A DNA stretch of 64,000 nucleotides from an uncultured Gammaproteobacteria bacterium (GCA_964353785.1 CAYGWK010000002.1:40293-104292); one strand, 5' to 3'; positions 17,825-27,609 are shown, counted from the stretch's first letter. A program made the numbers and translations. Notes: generated by a model not told the origin, from the sequence alone.

Positions 17825-19183
17825 ATGAATCTTGAACTTCCAGAGTTTGTTCGCCAAATTTTTGAAAAATTCCAAAAAAAAGGTTTTGAGATCTATTTGA
17901 TTGGAGCCGGTAGTCGCAATCTCCTGACTGGTAAAGAAATTGTTAATCCTGATTTTACCACCAACGCCACGCCAAACGAAATTCAAAAGCTCTTTCCCAA
18001 GAGTTTTTATGACAACAAATTTGGAACGGTTGGGATGAAGATTGACGATCAACTTTATGAGATTACCACCTATCGCTTAGAATGGGGTTATTCAGATCGG
18101 AGGCATCCGGATAAAATTCTGTTTGGAAAAAAACTGGAAGAAGATTTAGCCAGAAGAGAATTTACCATTAGTGCGATTGCTATTGGATCAACAAGGACTA
18201 AGAAAGGTTTTGAAATTATCGATCTTTTTGGCGGACAAGAAGACTTAAAAAATAAAGTCGTCAGGGCGGTTGGCGATCCAAATAAAAGATTTTCCGAGGA
18301 TGCTCTGCGAATGATGCGAGCAATTCGTCTTGCAACAGAGCTTGGTTTTACCATTGAACCAAAAACCTTCCAGGCAATTCAGAATAACGCCACTTTAACT
18401 GGCCAAATCGCCAAAGAACGGGTAAGAGATGAACTCTTTAAAATTTTAAAAAGTGATTTTCCCGCTGATGGCGTAATGCTTTTGCGAAATAGCGGGCTTC
18501 TAGAGCAGATTATTCCCGAATTAGTTAAGGCTTTTGATATTCCCCAACAATCTCCAAAAAGGCATCATATTTATGACGTCGGCACCCACAGTATTTTATC
18601 TTTGAAACATTGCCCTTCGCCTGACCCATTAGTCCGCTTGGCGGCTCTTATCCATGATTTAGGAAAAGTGGCCACCTTCAAAAAACAAAAAGATGGAACG
18701 ATTACTTTTTACAATCATGAATTGATTAGCACCTCAATCGCTGAAAATTTAGCCGGTAAATTAAGGCTTTCTAAAAAAGAGAAACAAAAACTGGTTACCT
18801 TAGTTCGTTGGCATCAATTTACCTGCGATGAACGTCAAACCGATTCGGCAATCCGTAGATTTATCAGAAATGTTGGTAAAGAAAATTTAAAAGATATGTT
18901 AGACCTCCGGGTTGGCGACCGACTTGGGGGTGGAGCCAGAGAAACATCTTGGAGACTTGAAAAATTCAAAAAAAGACTGGTTGAAGTTCAAAAACAACCA
19001 TTTTCTGTGACCGATTTAAAAGTTGATGGCAATGATGTAATGAAAATCTTAAAAATTGGTTCAGGACCAACGGTTGGAAAAATTTTAGAAACTCTTTTTG
19101 CGGAAGTGGTTGAGGACAAAACAAAAAACAAAAGAGAATTTCTTCTCAAACGAATAGGAGAACTTGGCAAATCTCTAGGTTAA
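17825..19183 (+). CDS. cca: CCA-adding tRNA nucleotidyltransferase with HD domain
   Basis: Pol-beta NTase head IGAGSRNLL…, RRHPDKI, DALRMMRAIRLA, HD motif LIHDLGK. Confidence 0.8.
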   Translation: MNLELPEFVRQIFEKFQKKGFEIYLIGAGSRNLLTGKEIVNPDFTTNATPNEIQKLFPKSFYDNKFGTVGMKIDDQLYEITTYRLEWGYSDRRHPDKILFGKKLEEDLARREFTISAIAIGSTRTKKGFEIIDLFGGQEDLKNKVVRAVGDPNKRFSEDALRMMRAIRLATELGFTIEPKTFQAIQNNATLTGQIAKERVRDELFKILKSDFPADGVMLLRNSGLLEQIIPELVKAFDIPQQSPKRHHIYDVGTHSILSLKHCPSPDPLVRLAALIHDLGKVATFKKQKDGTITFYNHELISTSIAENLAGKLRLSKKEKQKLVTLVRWHQFTCDERQTDSAIRRFIRNVGKENLKDMLDLRVGDRLGGGARETSWRLEKFKKRLVEVQKQPFSVTDLKVDGNDVMKILKIGSGPTVGKILETLFAEVVEDKTKNKREFLLKRIGELGKSLG

Positions 19184-19455
19184 ACTGGTTTTTGGTAGGC
19201 TTCAAAAGACGCGGCTACGGTTGGATTAGCGCTTCGTAAAAGTTCAAGAACTTTGGTCCTAATATCGGCAGTTTTTACGATGTTATTCACCGCTGTTGTC
19301 TGCGCCCAGGTTTCGGCCTGACTGGTAATACTTTCTGCTTCCGCCTCTGAAGCCCCTGACTTAATAAGCCCATTTTTTATTTTATTTCGGTCAAAAGGTT
19401 CAAGACTACCGTCTTTTTTTTGAGCTTGAAGATTCATTTTCTCACCTCCTTTCAA
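19180..19455 (-). CDS. stand-alone ATP-cone domain protein (likely start MNLQ at 19437)
   Basis: KKDGSLEPFDRNKIKNGLIKSG…ESI pattern of ATP-cone (as in NrdR/NrdA N-termini). Confidence 0.5.
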   Translation of the reverse strand: MKGGEKMNLQAQKKDGSLEPFDRNKIKNGLIKSGASEAEAESITSQAETWAQTTAVNNIVKTADIRTKVLELLRSANPTVAASFEAYQKPV

Positions 19456-19477
19456 TAATTCTTATTTTATCAGATTT

Positions 19478-20710
19478 TTAGAAAATAAAAATGAGAGCAG
19501 AAGAAGGACGAAGAACAATTGGAACAATTGGGAAATAGGAAAAAGGTTTTTCAAAAAGTTTTTCACCAGTTGGTGTCCAAATTTGATGACAGCCCGGTTT
19601 TGGGGGAACTACAATTTTCTCCTTTCCTTCATTCCAAACAAAACAAGCTGAAGGTCGTCCTTGATTAGAAACATTGACTTCAACTAAGCCCAACGGTTTT
19701 TTAACCAAGTCTATTTCGCCTACAAGTAATCGCTGGCATAACAAAAAAGCAAAAAGTCCTGGTTTGGACTTAAATTCTTTGAGAGTTGAGAAAGATAAAG
19801 CATTTTCATTATTAGGTCCGGCATAGGCACAATACCAAGCAGATAACTCAATTTTCCCCTGTTTTTCCAAATAAGCGGCAGTGGCTAAATTTTGAATCAC
19901 CAGGCGAGCCTGTTGGTCTTGGGTAAGATGAGCACCAATTGGTTTGCCTAATTCAGAAATCACTACCGGTAGGCGGGAAAGACCATATTGATTAAGAATT
20001 TGCTGATAAAGACTAACTCTCTCTTCGATTTTTTCACTGGTATCATAAAGGTTAAAAGCCAAGCCATCAATTTTGCCTTTCATTTCTTCTTTGCTTAAAA
20101 ATTCTTGCAAAGCCTCCCCTTTACCATAATAAGCCTCCTGCCAAGGAAAAACTAAACTTTGGGAGCTGGTGGTTTTAATTTTCTCATAAGCAACAAGATA
20201 AAGTTCTTTATATTGGTCCAAAGAATTTCTCCAAGGTGAATAGGGAGTATTAATCTCATTACCGATGATAAAAGTCCTGGCTCCTTGAAAATATTCGGCG
20301 ATTTTTTCCATACCTTGTGTCCAAGATTGAGAATCATACTCATCGGGCTTATATGGGATTTCGACCACCAAAACTACCTTTTGTCCCCGTTTTATCGCCT
20401 CTTTAAGACCAGATGCATAGCCGTAAATATCCAACTCTCCCTTTTGAATGTCTCGATAAGGAACCGTCATCACCAAAGATTCTTGGGGATGATGAAAACC
20501 AATGCTTTGACCCACAAATCTATCGGGAATGCAAGAGAGATTGACGGCCGTTATTTTAGGGTTGATTTGAGGATAGCATCCAAGAATCTCTTCAAAAGGA
20601 AGGGTTTTTGGTTGAGATTCTTCGGGAAAGAAGGATTCTACAGGTGGCACAAAAAATGTCGCCGCTAAAGCGCTTAATTTTAAAAATTCTCTTCTGTTAA
20701 TTTCTTTCAT
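19478..20710 (-). CDS. Tat-secreted glycoside hydrolase (clan GH-A TIM-barrel-like)
   Basis: RREFLKLSALAA twin-arginine signal; IIGNEIN (acid/base Glu) and VISELG (nucleophile Glu) motifs. Confidence 0.5.
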   Translation of the reverse strand: MKEINRREFLKLSALAATFFVPPVESFFPEESQPKTLPFEEILGCYPQINPKITAVNLSCIPDRFVGQSIGFHHPQESLVMTVPYRDIQKGELDIYGYASGLKEAIKRGQKVVLVVEIPYKPDEYDSQSWTQGMEKIAEYFQGARTFIIGNEINTPYSPWRNSLDQYKELYLVAYEKIKTTSSQSLVFPWQEAYYGKGEALQEFLSKEEMKGKIDGLAFNLYDTSEKIEERVSLYQQILNQYGLSRLPVVISELGKPIGAHLTQDQQARLVIQNLATAAYLEKQGKIELSAWYCAYAGPNNENALSFSTLKEFKSKPGLFAFLLCQRLLVGEIDLVKKPLGLVEVNVSNQGRPSACFVWNEGKEKIVVPPKPGCHQIWTPTGEKLFEKPFSYFPIVPIVLRPSSALIFIF

Positions 20711-20759
20711 AGCTGGCGGGCAGATGGAACATATTTTATCATATTATAGGGACTGGGGC

Positions 20760-20787
20760 TTGACATTGGTGAAAAAGGGGATATAAT
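20760..20787 (+). promoter_or_regulatory. sigma70 promoter TTGACA-16-TATAAT giving near-leaderless transcript for 20796 ORF
   Basis: TTGACA 20760-20765, TATAAT 20782-20787, ATG 20796. Confidence 0.55.
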
Positions 20788-20795
20788 TTCTTTTA

Positions 20796-21233
20796 ATGAA
20801 GAAAATTGGAATCGGATTGGTAATTGCAATCTTGCTGATTTTCATAAATCCAGTTCGAGCAAATGCTCTCGACCTCAGTCCATATCTTAAATTCAAAATT
20901 CCTGCTGGTCTTTTAACAACAACTCCCACCCCAACACCGACACCGACTCCTACTCCAACTGTTGGACCAACTCTGACGCCAACACTTAGCCCAACTCCGA
21001 CCGTGGCAGAAGAAGAGACAACTGAAGAAGAGGTGACGGCTGAAGAGGAGGCAGTTGAAGAGGAAATTACTCCAACTCCTACTCCCGCCCCAGTCGTTTC
21101 TCAAAATATTTGGCAATTGGCGACGATTGGTTTGGCCGCTGCCATTATCGGTGGAATAATCGTTTTTCTCCTGGCAGGTAAGAAAAAAGAAAAGAAAGAA
21201 GAAAAAGAAGAAAAACCTGAAGAGGAAGAATAA
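20796..21233 (+). CDS. secreted/anchored Pro-Thr-repeat acidic protein with C-terminal TM
   Basis: Signal peptide, (TP)n, acidic E-rich block, C-terminal TM plus KKKEKKEE tail. Confidence 0.5.
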   Translation: MKKIGIGLVIAILLIFINPVRANALDLSPYLKFKIPAGLLTTTPTPTPTPTPTPTVGPTLTPTLSPTPTVAEEETTEEEVTAEEEAVEEEITPTPTPAPVVSQNIWQLATIGLAAAIIGGIIVFLLAGKKKEKKEEKEEKPEEEE

Positions 21234-21234
21234 A

Positions 21235-22122
21235 TTACTTCTTCCTTCTCTCCTCAATCTGGCTCCAGAGAACTAACAAAGGTGCGGCGGTAAAGGTAGA
21301 AGAATAAGTTCCGGAAATGGTGCCAATTAAAAGGGCGGCCACAAACCATTTGATTGTCGTTCCTCCCAAAAGCAAAAGGGCAATTAACATAAAAATAATG
21401 GTTAAAGAATTATTCAAAGACCGCGAGAGGGTCTCTGTCACCGCTTTATTGACTAAATCCGAGAAAAGTGTTTGAGGAAATCTTTTTTGCGACTCCCGAA
21501 TTCGGTCATAAACAACGACCGTATCGTGAACCGAGAAAGAAAGAATCGTCAGCATGGCGGTCACAAATAAAGTATCAATCTCAACGCCCAAAAAATGTCC
21601 TAAAAGAGAAAAACTTCCCAATAAAACAAGAGAGTCATGGAACATAGCCAAAATGGCACAAATTCCAAATTTGGCATTTTTAAAAGCCCAGGCAACATAA
21701 CCTAAAATAAATCCGGCCGCCAAGACAATGGCCACTGCCGTTTTTATTAAAAGTTCTCGACCCAAAATCGGACCAACAGTTTCAAATCGAAGTTCTTCTG
21801 GCATCTCGGCAAATTTTTCTGCTAAAGCGGCTTTAATGGTTGAAGCATCATCTTTGGTAATAGGGGCTAAGCGAAAAAGAAAAGTATTTTCACCGGAAGA
21901 TTGAACAGAGCTAACCTGAAAATTAGATTGTTCAACAGTCTCTTTCAATGATTGATGATTAATGGTTGATGATTGATGGCTGAATTTCAGTTCGAGCAGA
22001 GACCCGCCGGTAAAATCAATTGAAGGTCTAAGTCCGAAGAAAACTAAAGAAATTATTCCTGGCACCAAAACTAGGGCGGAGAGCAAAAAATATAACCATT
22101 TAAATTTCATAAAGTTAATCAT
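21235..22122 (-). CDS. secF: protein translocase subunit SecF
   Basis: SecF N-terminal motif IDFTGGSLLEL and 6-TM SecDF fold. Confidence 0.85.
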   Translation of the reverse strand: MINFMKFKWLYFLLSALVLVPGIISLVFFGLRPSIDFTGGSLLELKFSHQSSTINHQSLKETVEQSNFQVSSVQSSGENTFLFRLAPITKDDASTIKAALAEKFAEMPEELRFETVGPILGRELLIKTAVAIVLAAGFILGYVAWAFKNAKFGICAILAMFHDSLVLLGSFSLLGHFLGVEIDTLFVTAMLTILSFSVHDTVVVYDRIRESQKRFPQTLFSDLVNKAVTETLSRSLNNSLTIIFMLIALLLLGGTTIKWFVAALLIGTISGTYSSTFTAAPLLVLWSQIEERRKK

Positions 22123-23381
22123 GTTGCTATCTCCTTCCCTCGGTAAAACACCCTAAGTAATGTTCTGGTGACAACGATTCCGGTAAAAAGAGAAATAAAT
22201 ATTCCCAAGCCTAAAGTTAGGGCAAAACCCCGAACCATACCCGAGACATTTAAGAAACTAAAATTAAAAGGATTAAACAAAATAAAACAAGTAATTAAAG
22301 TACAAGTATTGGCATCCCGAATTGAATCCCAAGCCCGACCAAATCCAAGTTCCATGGAAACACCCAAGGGCTTGCCACTTCTGATTTCCTCTTTCATTCT
22401 CTCAAAAATCAAAATATTTGCATCAACCGCCATCCCAACTGAAAGAATAAATCCAGCAATACCAGGAAGAGTAAGAGTAACAGGTATGAGTTTATACAAA
22501 GCCAGAGTAATTAACCCATAAATTATCAAAGCTAAATCCGCCAAAATTCCCAACCTCCCATAATAAGCTCCCATAAAAAAGACTACCATTAAAAGTCCAA
22601 CCAAGCCGGCTTTAAGACTTTTTTGAACTGACTCCTGACCCAAAGTGGCGCCAATATTTCGCTGTTCAATAATTTTAATGGGGACAGGGAGGGCTCCGGC
22701 ATTAAGTTTAATTGACAAATCTTTGGCCTCATCAATGGTAAAATCTCCCCTGATGATGGCATCTCCTGAAGTAATCGGCTCTTCAACCACCGGCGAGGAA
22801 ACCATTCTCTGGTCTAGGAAAATCGCTACCAGTTTACCCACATTTCTTGAAGTGATATCAGCAAATTTTTTTCCGCCTTCAGGAGAAAACTCAAGACTAA
22901 CCACTGGCTGTCCAGTATTTTGGTCAAACTGAACCTGAGAACGCTTTAAATCTTTACCAGTTAAGTCAGTTGGGATAAAACCGGCTGAGGGAGTTGCTTC
23001 TTTCTGCTCCCAAAATTCAAGTTGGGCGGTTGAACCAATTAAATCAATGGCTCGGTCGATTTCTTTTATTCCTGGCAACTCGACAATTAAACGATAATCT
23101 TCACCAGTTTTTGAGGTTTGAATTACTGGTTCAGAAACTCCAAAGAAATTAACCCTTCTCTCAATATTATTTTTGGCGGCCTCAATGGCTGACTGGCGGT
23201 CTTCGGCAGGGATACCTTTAACCTCTGCCTGAAAAACCAAATGCGTTCCCCCAGCCAAATCAAGCCCTTGTTTGATGACCAGTTCTCGTTTTAAAAGAGT
23301 TGGTCCAGGAGGAATATCAATAAAAATTGAAGCAATTGTCAAAAAAATAATAAGTAAAAGGAGCAGTCTTTTTTGTTTCAT
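22119..23381 (-). CDS. secD: protein translocase subunit SecD
   Basis: KQGLDLAGGTHLVFQAEV periplasmic domain motif; C-terminal TM bundle. Confidence 0.85.
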   Translation of the reverse strand: MKQKRLLLLLIIFLTIASIFIDIPPGPTLLKRELVIKQGLDLAGGTHLVFQAEVKGIPAEDRQSAIEAAKNNIERRVNFFGVSEPVIQTSKTGEDYRLIVELPGIKEIDRAIDLIGSTAQLEFWEQKEATPSAGFIPTDLTGKDLKRSQVQFDQNTGQPVVSLEFSPEGGKKFADITSRNVGKLVAIFLDQRMVSSPVVEEPITSGDAIIRGDFTIDEAKDLSIKLNAGALPVPIKIIEQRNIGATLGQESVQKSLKAGLVGLLMVVFFMGAYYGRLGILADLALIIYGLITLALYKLIPVTLTLPGIAGFILSVGMAVDANILIFERMKEEIRSGKPLGVSMELGFGRAWDSIRDANTCTLITCFILFNPFNFSFLNVSGMVRGFALTLGLGIFISLFTGIVVTRTLLRVFYRGKEIAT

Positions 23382-23575
23382 TTTTTCTGGCGGTGGAGAA
23401 AGTTTTCTGAAAGAGGAAGCTGTTTGGCGCCTTTAAAAATATAAATTATTTTTCCTTTATCTTTCTCAAAGACAGTTTTGACTGGATCGCCAATTCTTAT
23501 CCCTAAATCCTTAACAAATTCTGAAGGAATCGTTAAGGCAGCCGAATTTCCAGTTTTAATTACTTTTTGCGCCAT
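23378..23575 (-). CDS. AbrB/MazE/SpoVT-type swapped-hairpin DNA-binding protein (antitoxin-like)
   Basis: VIKTGNSAALTIPSEFVKDLGIRIGDPV matches SpoVT_AbrB fold signature; 4-nt overlap with secD start. Confidence 0.5.
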   Translation of the reverse strand: MAQKVIKTGNSAALTIPSEFVKDLGIRIGDPVKTVFEKDKGKIIYIFKGAKQLPLSENFLHRQKK

Positions 23576-23578
23576 ATG

Positions 23579-24157
23579 TTAAGAAACAAGGTCTTGCTCC
23601 TCACCAATAATCATTATTTTTGAGGAAGATAAAATTCCAAGTAAAAATGGATCTCTTCTCTCCCGTCGAAAAGAAAATTCTTCGTTGGTCATCACTGTAT
23701 AATTTATTTCCTGGTCTCTTTTTTGCTCTTCGGCTTTAATTAAAGCCGCCAGCTCCGGTAAGACTATTTGGCCAACAACTAGAATATCAACCTCATTTTT
23801 CTCCCTGGGAATTCTTTTAACAAATTTCCCGGAAAAAGAAACAAAAGAAACTTTGCCAATTTTTTCTTTATTTTTTAAAATCTCTCGGCCAAGACCGGTA
23901 GTTTTTGAAATAATGGCTAAAAGCTCATTGTAGAAAAGATAATCTTTTCTAAACCAATAATAGAGTCTGTTTCCTCTTGGTTCTTTTTTGACCATGCCTG
24001 AGGCTTCCATATGAGAAAGCTCACGCCTGACGGCGTTTATTTCCTCGCCTGTTCGGCGGACCAATTCTCGAACATGATACATCTCTCTTGGGTCAGAGAG
24101 AAATGTTTCCAGCAGCTTTACCCTAACCTTCGAAATTAAAAGATCGCGAAGTTCCAT
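23579..24157 (-). CDS. putative winged-helix transcriptional regulator with C-terminal uncharacterised domain
   Basis: N-terminal HTH-like MYHVRELVRRTGEEINAVRRELSHMEASGMV; remainder unassigned. Confidence 0.4.
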   Translation of the reverse strand: MELRDLLISKVRVKLLETFLSDPREMYHVRELVRRTGEEINAVRRELSHMEASGMVKKEPRGNRLYYWFRKDYLFYNELLAIISKTTGLGREILKNKEKIGKVSFVSFSGKFVKRIPREKNEVDILVVGQIVLPELAALIKAEEQKRDQEINYTVMTNEEFSFRRERRDPFLLGILSSSKIMIIGEEQDLVS

Positions 24158-24175
24158 AAATTTTTTGGGGCAGGA

Positions 24176-25381
24176 TTAGTAACTAACTTCTTGTCCGGTG
24201 GGCAAAACTTCAATCCAAATTTGTCCTCGATTAAGTTTTATTTCTTTCCCTTTTTGGTCTTTAAAAACCATTCTCCCTTCTCGGTCTTTCTTATTCCAGG
24301 TTCCCTCTAAAACTTGACCATCTTGAAAAATAAGTGTCTTCCCCGAACCTTTGGTGCCGTACAGAAGATGAAGGTTTCCTTCATAGCCATCATTGGCTCG
24401 CGATTCTTTCATAAAAGCAATAACAATTACTTTTCCCCGAATTTCCGTCTCATCATTTCTATCTTTCTGAAGTGTTCCTCCATTTATCCTTTTATAATCG
24501 TTGGTGGCCGGATCATATTCCCATTTAACATCATAATCCGAATAGCCTTTCCAAAAAGAAAATGATGGGCTTTTTGTTCCTCTTTCGCCTTCCTTAACAT
24601 CATCCTTAAATTGCCATTTGACAAAATTTTTATCCCAAGAAACTTTATCTTCGTCAACACTGGTTAAATTTCTTTTCTCAGCCATCTCGTATAGTTTGTC
24701 AGTGGTTGAATACATCGTATGCTCGGTAGCTACCGAGTGTCCGAGTCGCTCATAATCACGCCAAAAAGTGGGAAAACCGATTGAAAATTGATTTAAATCA
24801 TTTCCTTTCCTAAGCCATCCATAATCGCCAATTTGGCCCAAAGCATTGGCTTTCCCTGGAGTATTGGCCCCGCCAACATGGACATATAAAGGAAAATCTC
24901 CATATTCTGAAGCAAAGTCAAGAAAATAAGTTCTGGCTGAGCGAATCGGTCCAATTTGGATATCCAAAGCTGAGGCGCCGCAGTAAAAAATGGCTAAAAA
25001 TCGAGTGATTCCTCCTTCGGCCACTGCCTCGTAAACTACATCCGCTCGAGAAATTCCTGATTCTGGGCGGCATTCTTGGTGATTTTCAATCATTACAGTT
25101 AAAGGTCGGCGCTTGCTCCAGATGTCTTTTTCTGCCTTAGTAAACATCTGTCCATTTAAAGGACATTCCTCGGTTTTGGGAGCCGATAAATCAACCCTGA
25201 ATTTACTTTCTCCAGAGGGGAGTGGCGAAACAATCGAGGTAGTAGGGACCTTTAAATAAGAAAAAGTGGCATAAGAAATCCCAGTTGACAGAAGATAAAG
25301 ACCAACTCCGGCTAGTGTCAAAAGTATTATTTTTTTCTTTTCTCCAACTTTTTCCATATCAGTGTTTTTGGGCTTTTCCAA
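24176..25381 (-). CDS. DUF3048 (YerB-like) membrane-anchored extracytoplasmic protein
   Basis: N-terminal TM; RADVVYEAVAEGGITRF…GPIRSARTYF pattern recalled from DUF3048 family. Confidence 0.5.
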   Translation of the reverse strand: MEKPKNTDMEKVGEKKKIILLTLAGVGLYLLSTGISYATFSYLKVPTTSIVSPLPSGESKFRVDLSAPKTEECPLNGQMFTKAEKDIWSKRRPLTVMIENHQECRPESGISRADVVYEAVAEGGITRFLAIFYCGASALDIQIGPIRSARTYFLDFASEYGDFPLYVHVGGANTPGKANALGQIGDYGWLRKGNDLNQFSIGFPTFWRDYERLGHSVATEHTMYSTTDKLYEMAEKRNLTSVDEDKVSWDKNFVKWQFKDDVKEGERGTKSPSFSFWKGYSDYDVKWEYDPATNDYKRINGGTLQKDRNDETEIRGKVIVIAFMKESRANDGYEGNLHLLYGTKGSGKTLIFQDGQVLEGTWNKKDREGRMVFKDQKGKEIKLNRGQIWIEVLPTGQEVSY

Positions 25382-25826
25382 TTGCCTCTTTCTCTTCTTT
25401 AGAAAATTCGTAACTCACCGGCTTCCCGCTTTTTACTGGTTTGCTATAAATTCTTGTCTGGTCCCGACTATGCAAACTTGAGATAACAATTCCGTCGTCC
25501 CGACCATCCAAAAGGGCTAAAGCAAAACTGTGACTGCCACCGGTATCAGAAAACGGATTAAATCTTACCAAACCTGTCTTCTGAACATGAAATGTCCCAT
25601 CTTTCTCCAGTCCCTCAATTCTTTTTAAAAGTTTATCAATTCTATCAGTACTTTCTTCTTCCTCTTTTAAAATCTTCTCCAAAATCGAACCCAAGTCTCC
25701 TTTAGTCACTCCAGTGGTCAGTTTTCGATAATGGGAAACTGCCCGAAAAAGAAAAAAAGACAAGGCTCCAAGCCAGATAAAAAGTGCTCCAAACAAAACT
25801 AAGAGAATTTCTTGATTGAGTAACAT
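25359..25826 (-). CDS. DUF4446-like membrane protein
   Basis: N-terminal TM, VRFNPFSDTGGSHSFALALLD…SSLHSRD core. Confidence 0.45.
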   Translation of the reverse strand: MLLNQEILLVLFGALFIWLGALSFFLFRAVSHYRKLTTGVTKGDLGSILEKILKEEEESTDRIDKLLKRIEGLEKDGTFHVQKTGLVRFNPFSDTGGSHSFALALLDGRDDGIVISSLHSRDQTRIYSKPVKSGKPVSYEFSKEEKEAIGKAQKH

Positions 25827-25868
25827 TTTACCACATTATTTTATCCCTCTTGCCTGCCTTGTGTCAAT

Positions 25869-26159
25869 ATGTTAATATGCGAATACATTCGAATGTCTAA
25901 AAAAACTCGCCAGGAAAAAATAATTGCCGACCTGCGGAGGAAACTTCAAACGCAAATGACGCAGGTGAGCAAACCCTCGATAGAACTTCCAGAACCAGAG
26001 AGAAAATTAACTGAACATGTAAAAGTGGAAGGCGCTCAAGTCCCAGAAATTCAGGTCTCTTTAATTAAAAAAGACTTGACAAAAACCCTAATCTTGACAA
26101 TACTTGCAATTAGCCTTGAGCTTGTGCTATACTTCTTAACCAGGGTAGGCAGATTCTAA
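25869..26159 (+). CDS. hypothetical protein with C-terminal TM (start possibly MSKKTRQ at 25893)
   Basis: ORF only; co-directional with following zinc-ribbon ORF. Confidence 0.3.
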   Translation: MLICEYIRMSKKTRQEKIIADLRRKLQTQMTQVSKPSIELPEPERKLTEHVKVEGAQVPEIQVSLIKKDLTKTLILTILAISLELVLYFLTRVGRF

Positions 26160-26215
26160 AAACTACCCAAAACTTTAAAAATTTTCTGCCCAAAGAGAGG
26201 AGGTGACAAAAATTT

Positions 26216-26359
26216 ATGGCAACCATGTACTGTGTTAAGTGCCGCGCCAAGAAAGACGTCGCCAATCCACAGAAGGTGACGATGAAAAATGGCAAGCCGG
26301 CAATGAAAGCCTCTTGTCCAACTTGCGGCACAACCATGTTCAGGATTGGTGCTGCGTAA
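26216..26359 (+). CDS. small zinc-ribbon protein (DUF5679-like), 47 aa; not in ORF track
   Basis: Strong SD GAGAGGAGGTGA 8 nt upstream; MATMYCVKCRAKKDVANPQKVTMKNGKPAMKASCPTCGTTMFRIGAA with CxxC…CxxC. Confidence 0.65.
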   Translation: MATMYCVKCRAKKDVANPQKVTMKNGKPAMKASCPTCGTTMFRIGAA

Positions 26360-26401
26360 ACTGCCTAAAAACACCAACTCTCTTTGGTATCAAAGAGAAC
26401 T

Positions 26402-26436
26402 AAAAACCCCGCTCCATCTAAGGACGGGGTTTTTGT
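26402..26436. terminator. bidirectional intrinsic terminator (AAAAACCCCG-loop-CGGGGTTTTT)
   Basis: GC stem CCCCG/CGGGG with 13-nt loop flanked by A5 and T5; lies between convergent ORFs. Confidence 0.65.
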
Positions 26437-26446
26437 GAACAAGGAA

Positions 26447-27196
26447 TCAATCTAGAAATTTTAAGCCGAGCATTATGCCGATTCCCAAAAGCAAACCGAG
26501 GAGTTGGACCAGAGATTTTTTGAGATTTACTTCTTTATGAAGTTCGGGAATAAGGTCTGAACCGGCAATATAAATAAAGCCGCCGGCGGTAAAAGGAACT
26601 AGATTTTCCGACAATCCAGAAATTCTTGAGCCAAAAATCAAAACAAAGACTGCTCCCAAAATTGCCACCAAACTTGAGCAAAAATTAAAAAGCAAGGCTT
26701 TTTCTTTTGAAAATCCTCCATGAACCAAAACTCCAAAATCACCAATCTCTTGAGGAATCTCATGAGCAATCACCGCCAGCGAAGTTGCCATCCCTAAAGG
26801 AAAACTTATCAAAAAACTTCCGGCGACAATGGCTCCATCAATAAAGTTATGAAGACCATCGCCTACCAAATTCATAAAAACAACTGGATGAGGATGGTCT
26901 TTTGAGGTTGGTACATGGCAGTGTCGCCAGGCGATAAATTTTTCCAAAACAAAAAATAACAAGACTCCAGTTAAAACTACCAAACCCGCTCCAAGACCAA
27001 ACCCTTGATTTTTGGAAACCTCCGGCAAAAGATGGATAAAAGTATCTCCCAAAAGTCCGCCGCAAGCAAAAGAAACTAAAACCAAAAGGGCTTTTTCTGT
27101 CTTTTCCTTTCCCAAAGCAAGGGTTAAAACACCAACAAAAGAGGCAAGACTGATAATTGCCACCGAGGCAATTGAGTAGAACCAGACTGCAATCAT
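26447..27196 (-). CDS. zupT: ZIP-family zinc transporter ZupT
   Basis: HEIPQEIGDFGVL and HNFIDG metal-binding motifs, 8 TM. Confidence 0.8.
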   Translation of the reverse strand: MIAVWFYSIASVAIISLASFVGVLTLALGKEKTEKALLVLVSFACGGLLGDTFIHLLPEVSKNQGFGLGAGLVVLTGVLLFFVLEKFIAWRHCHVPTSKDHPHPVVFMNLVGDGLHNFIDGAIVAGSFLISFPLGMATSLAVIAHEIPQEIGDFGVLVHGGFSKEKALLFNFCSSLVAILGAVFVLIFGSRISGLSENLVPFTAGGFIYIAGSDLIPELHKEVNLKKSLVQLLGLLLGIGIMLGLKFLD

Positions 27197-27199
27197 TTT

Positions 27200-27589
27200 T
27201 TAAACTTGTTCTTCTTCTGTAGGCGGCGTGGTCGTACCTCCAGGTATAGGTGTTTCCGCCGGTGGCGTCTCAGCTGCTGACGTTTCAGTTGGTGCTGTTC
27301 CAGTTGGTCCGGCTCCAGTTGTTGGTGGTGTCGGTGCTGCCGGCTCTGAGACTGGCGCTTGCCAGACAGGCATTGTGCTCATGTGTTGGTCAACTTCTAC
27401 TGCTACTTCCTCGCGAGTTTTTCCCGGAGACTGCTGCATCTGGAAATTAATCATTCCTTCTCTAACTTCCTCTTTTGTTTTTAGATTTCCACTCTCGTCA
27501 GTACAATATTTGCAATAAGGATTATCCGGCTTTCCTCCGCCATGATCGGCATCGGTGGCCATCGGTATTCCGCATGATTGGCAGTTCAT
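27200..27589 (-). CDS. zinc-ribbon (Zn_ribbon_2-like) protein with Pro/Thr-rich acidic tail
   Basis: MNCQSCGIPMATDADHGGGKPDNPYCKYCTD CxxC…CxxC; strong SD AAGGGGGTGA. Confidence 0.55.
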   Translation of the reverse strand: MNCQSCGIPMATDADHGGGKPDNPYCKYCTDESGNLKTKEEVREGMINFQMQQSPGKTREEVAVEVDQHMSTMPVWQAPVSEPAAPTPPTTGAGPTGTAPTETSAAETPPAETPIPGGTTTPPTEEEQV

Positions 27590-27609
27590 AATTTTTCACC
27601 CCCTTCTTG

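Noticed and set aside
20913-21257. 114-aa minus-strand ORF with poly-F run
   Set aside because: Antisense of the PT/E-rich protein gene 20796-21233 (GAA/AAG repeats read as Phe); artefact.
27228-27518. Plus-strand ORFs rich in Val/Gly/Ala
   Set aside because: Antisense of the Pro/Thr-rich tail of the zinc-ribbon gene 27200-27589.
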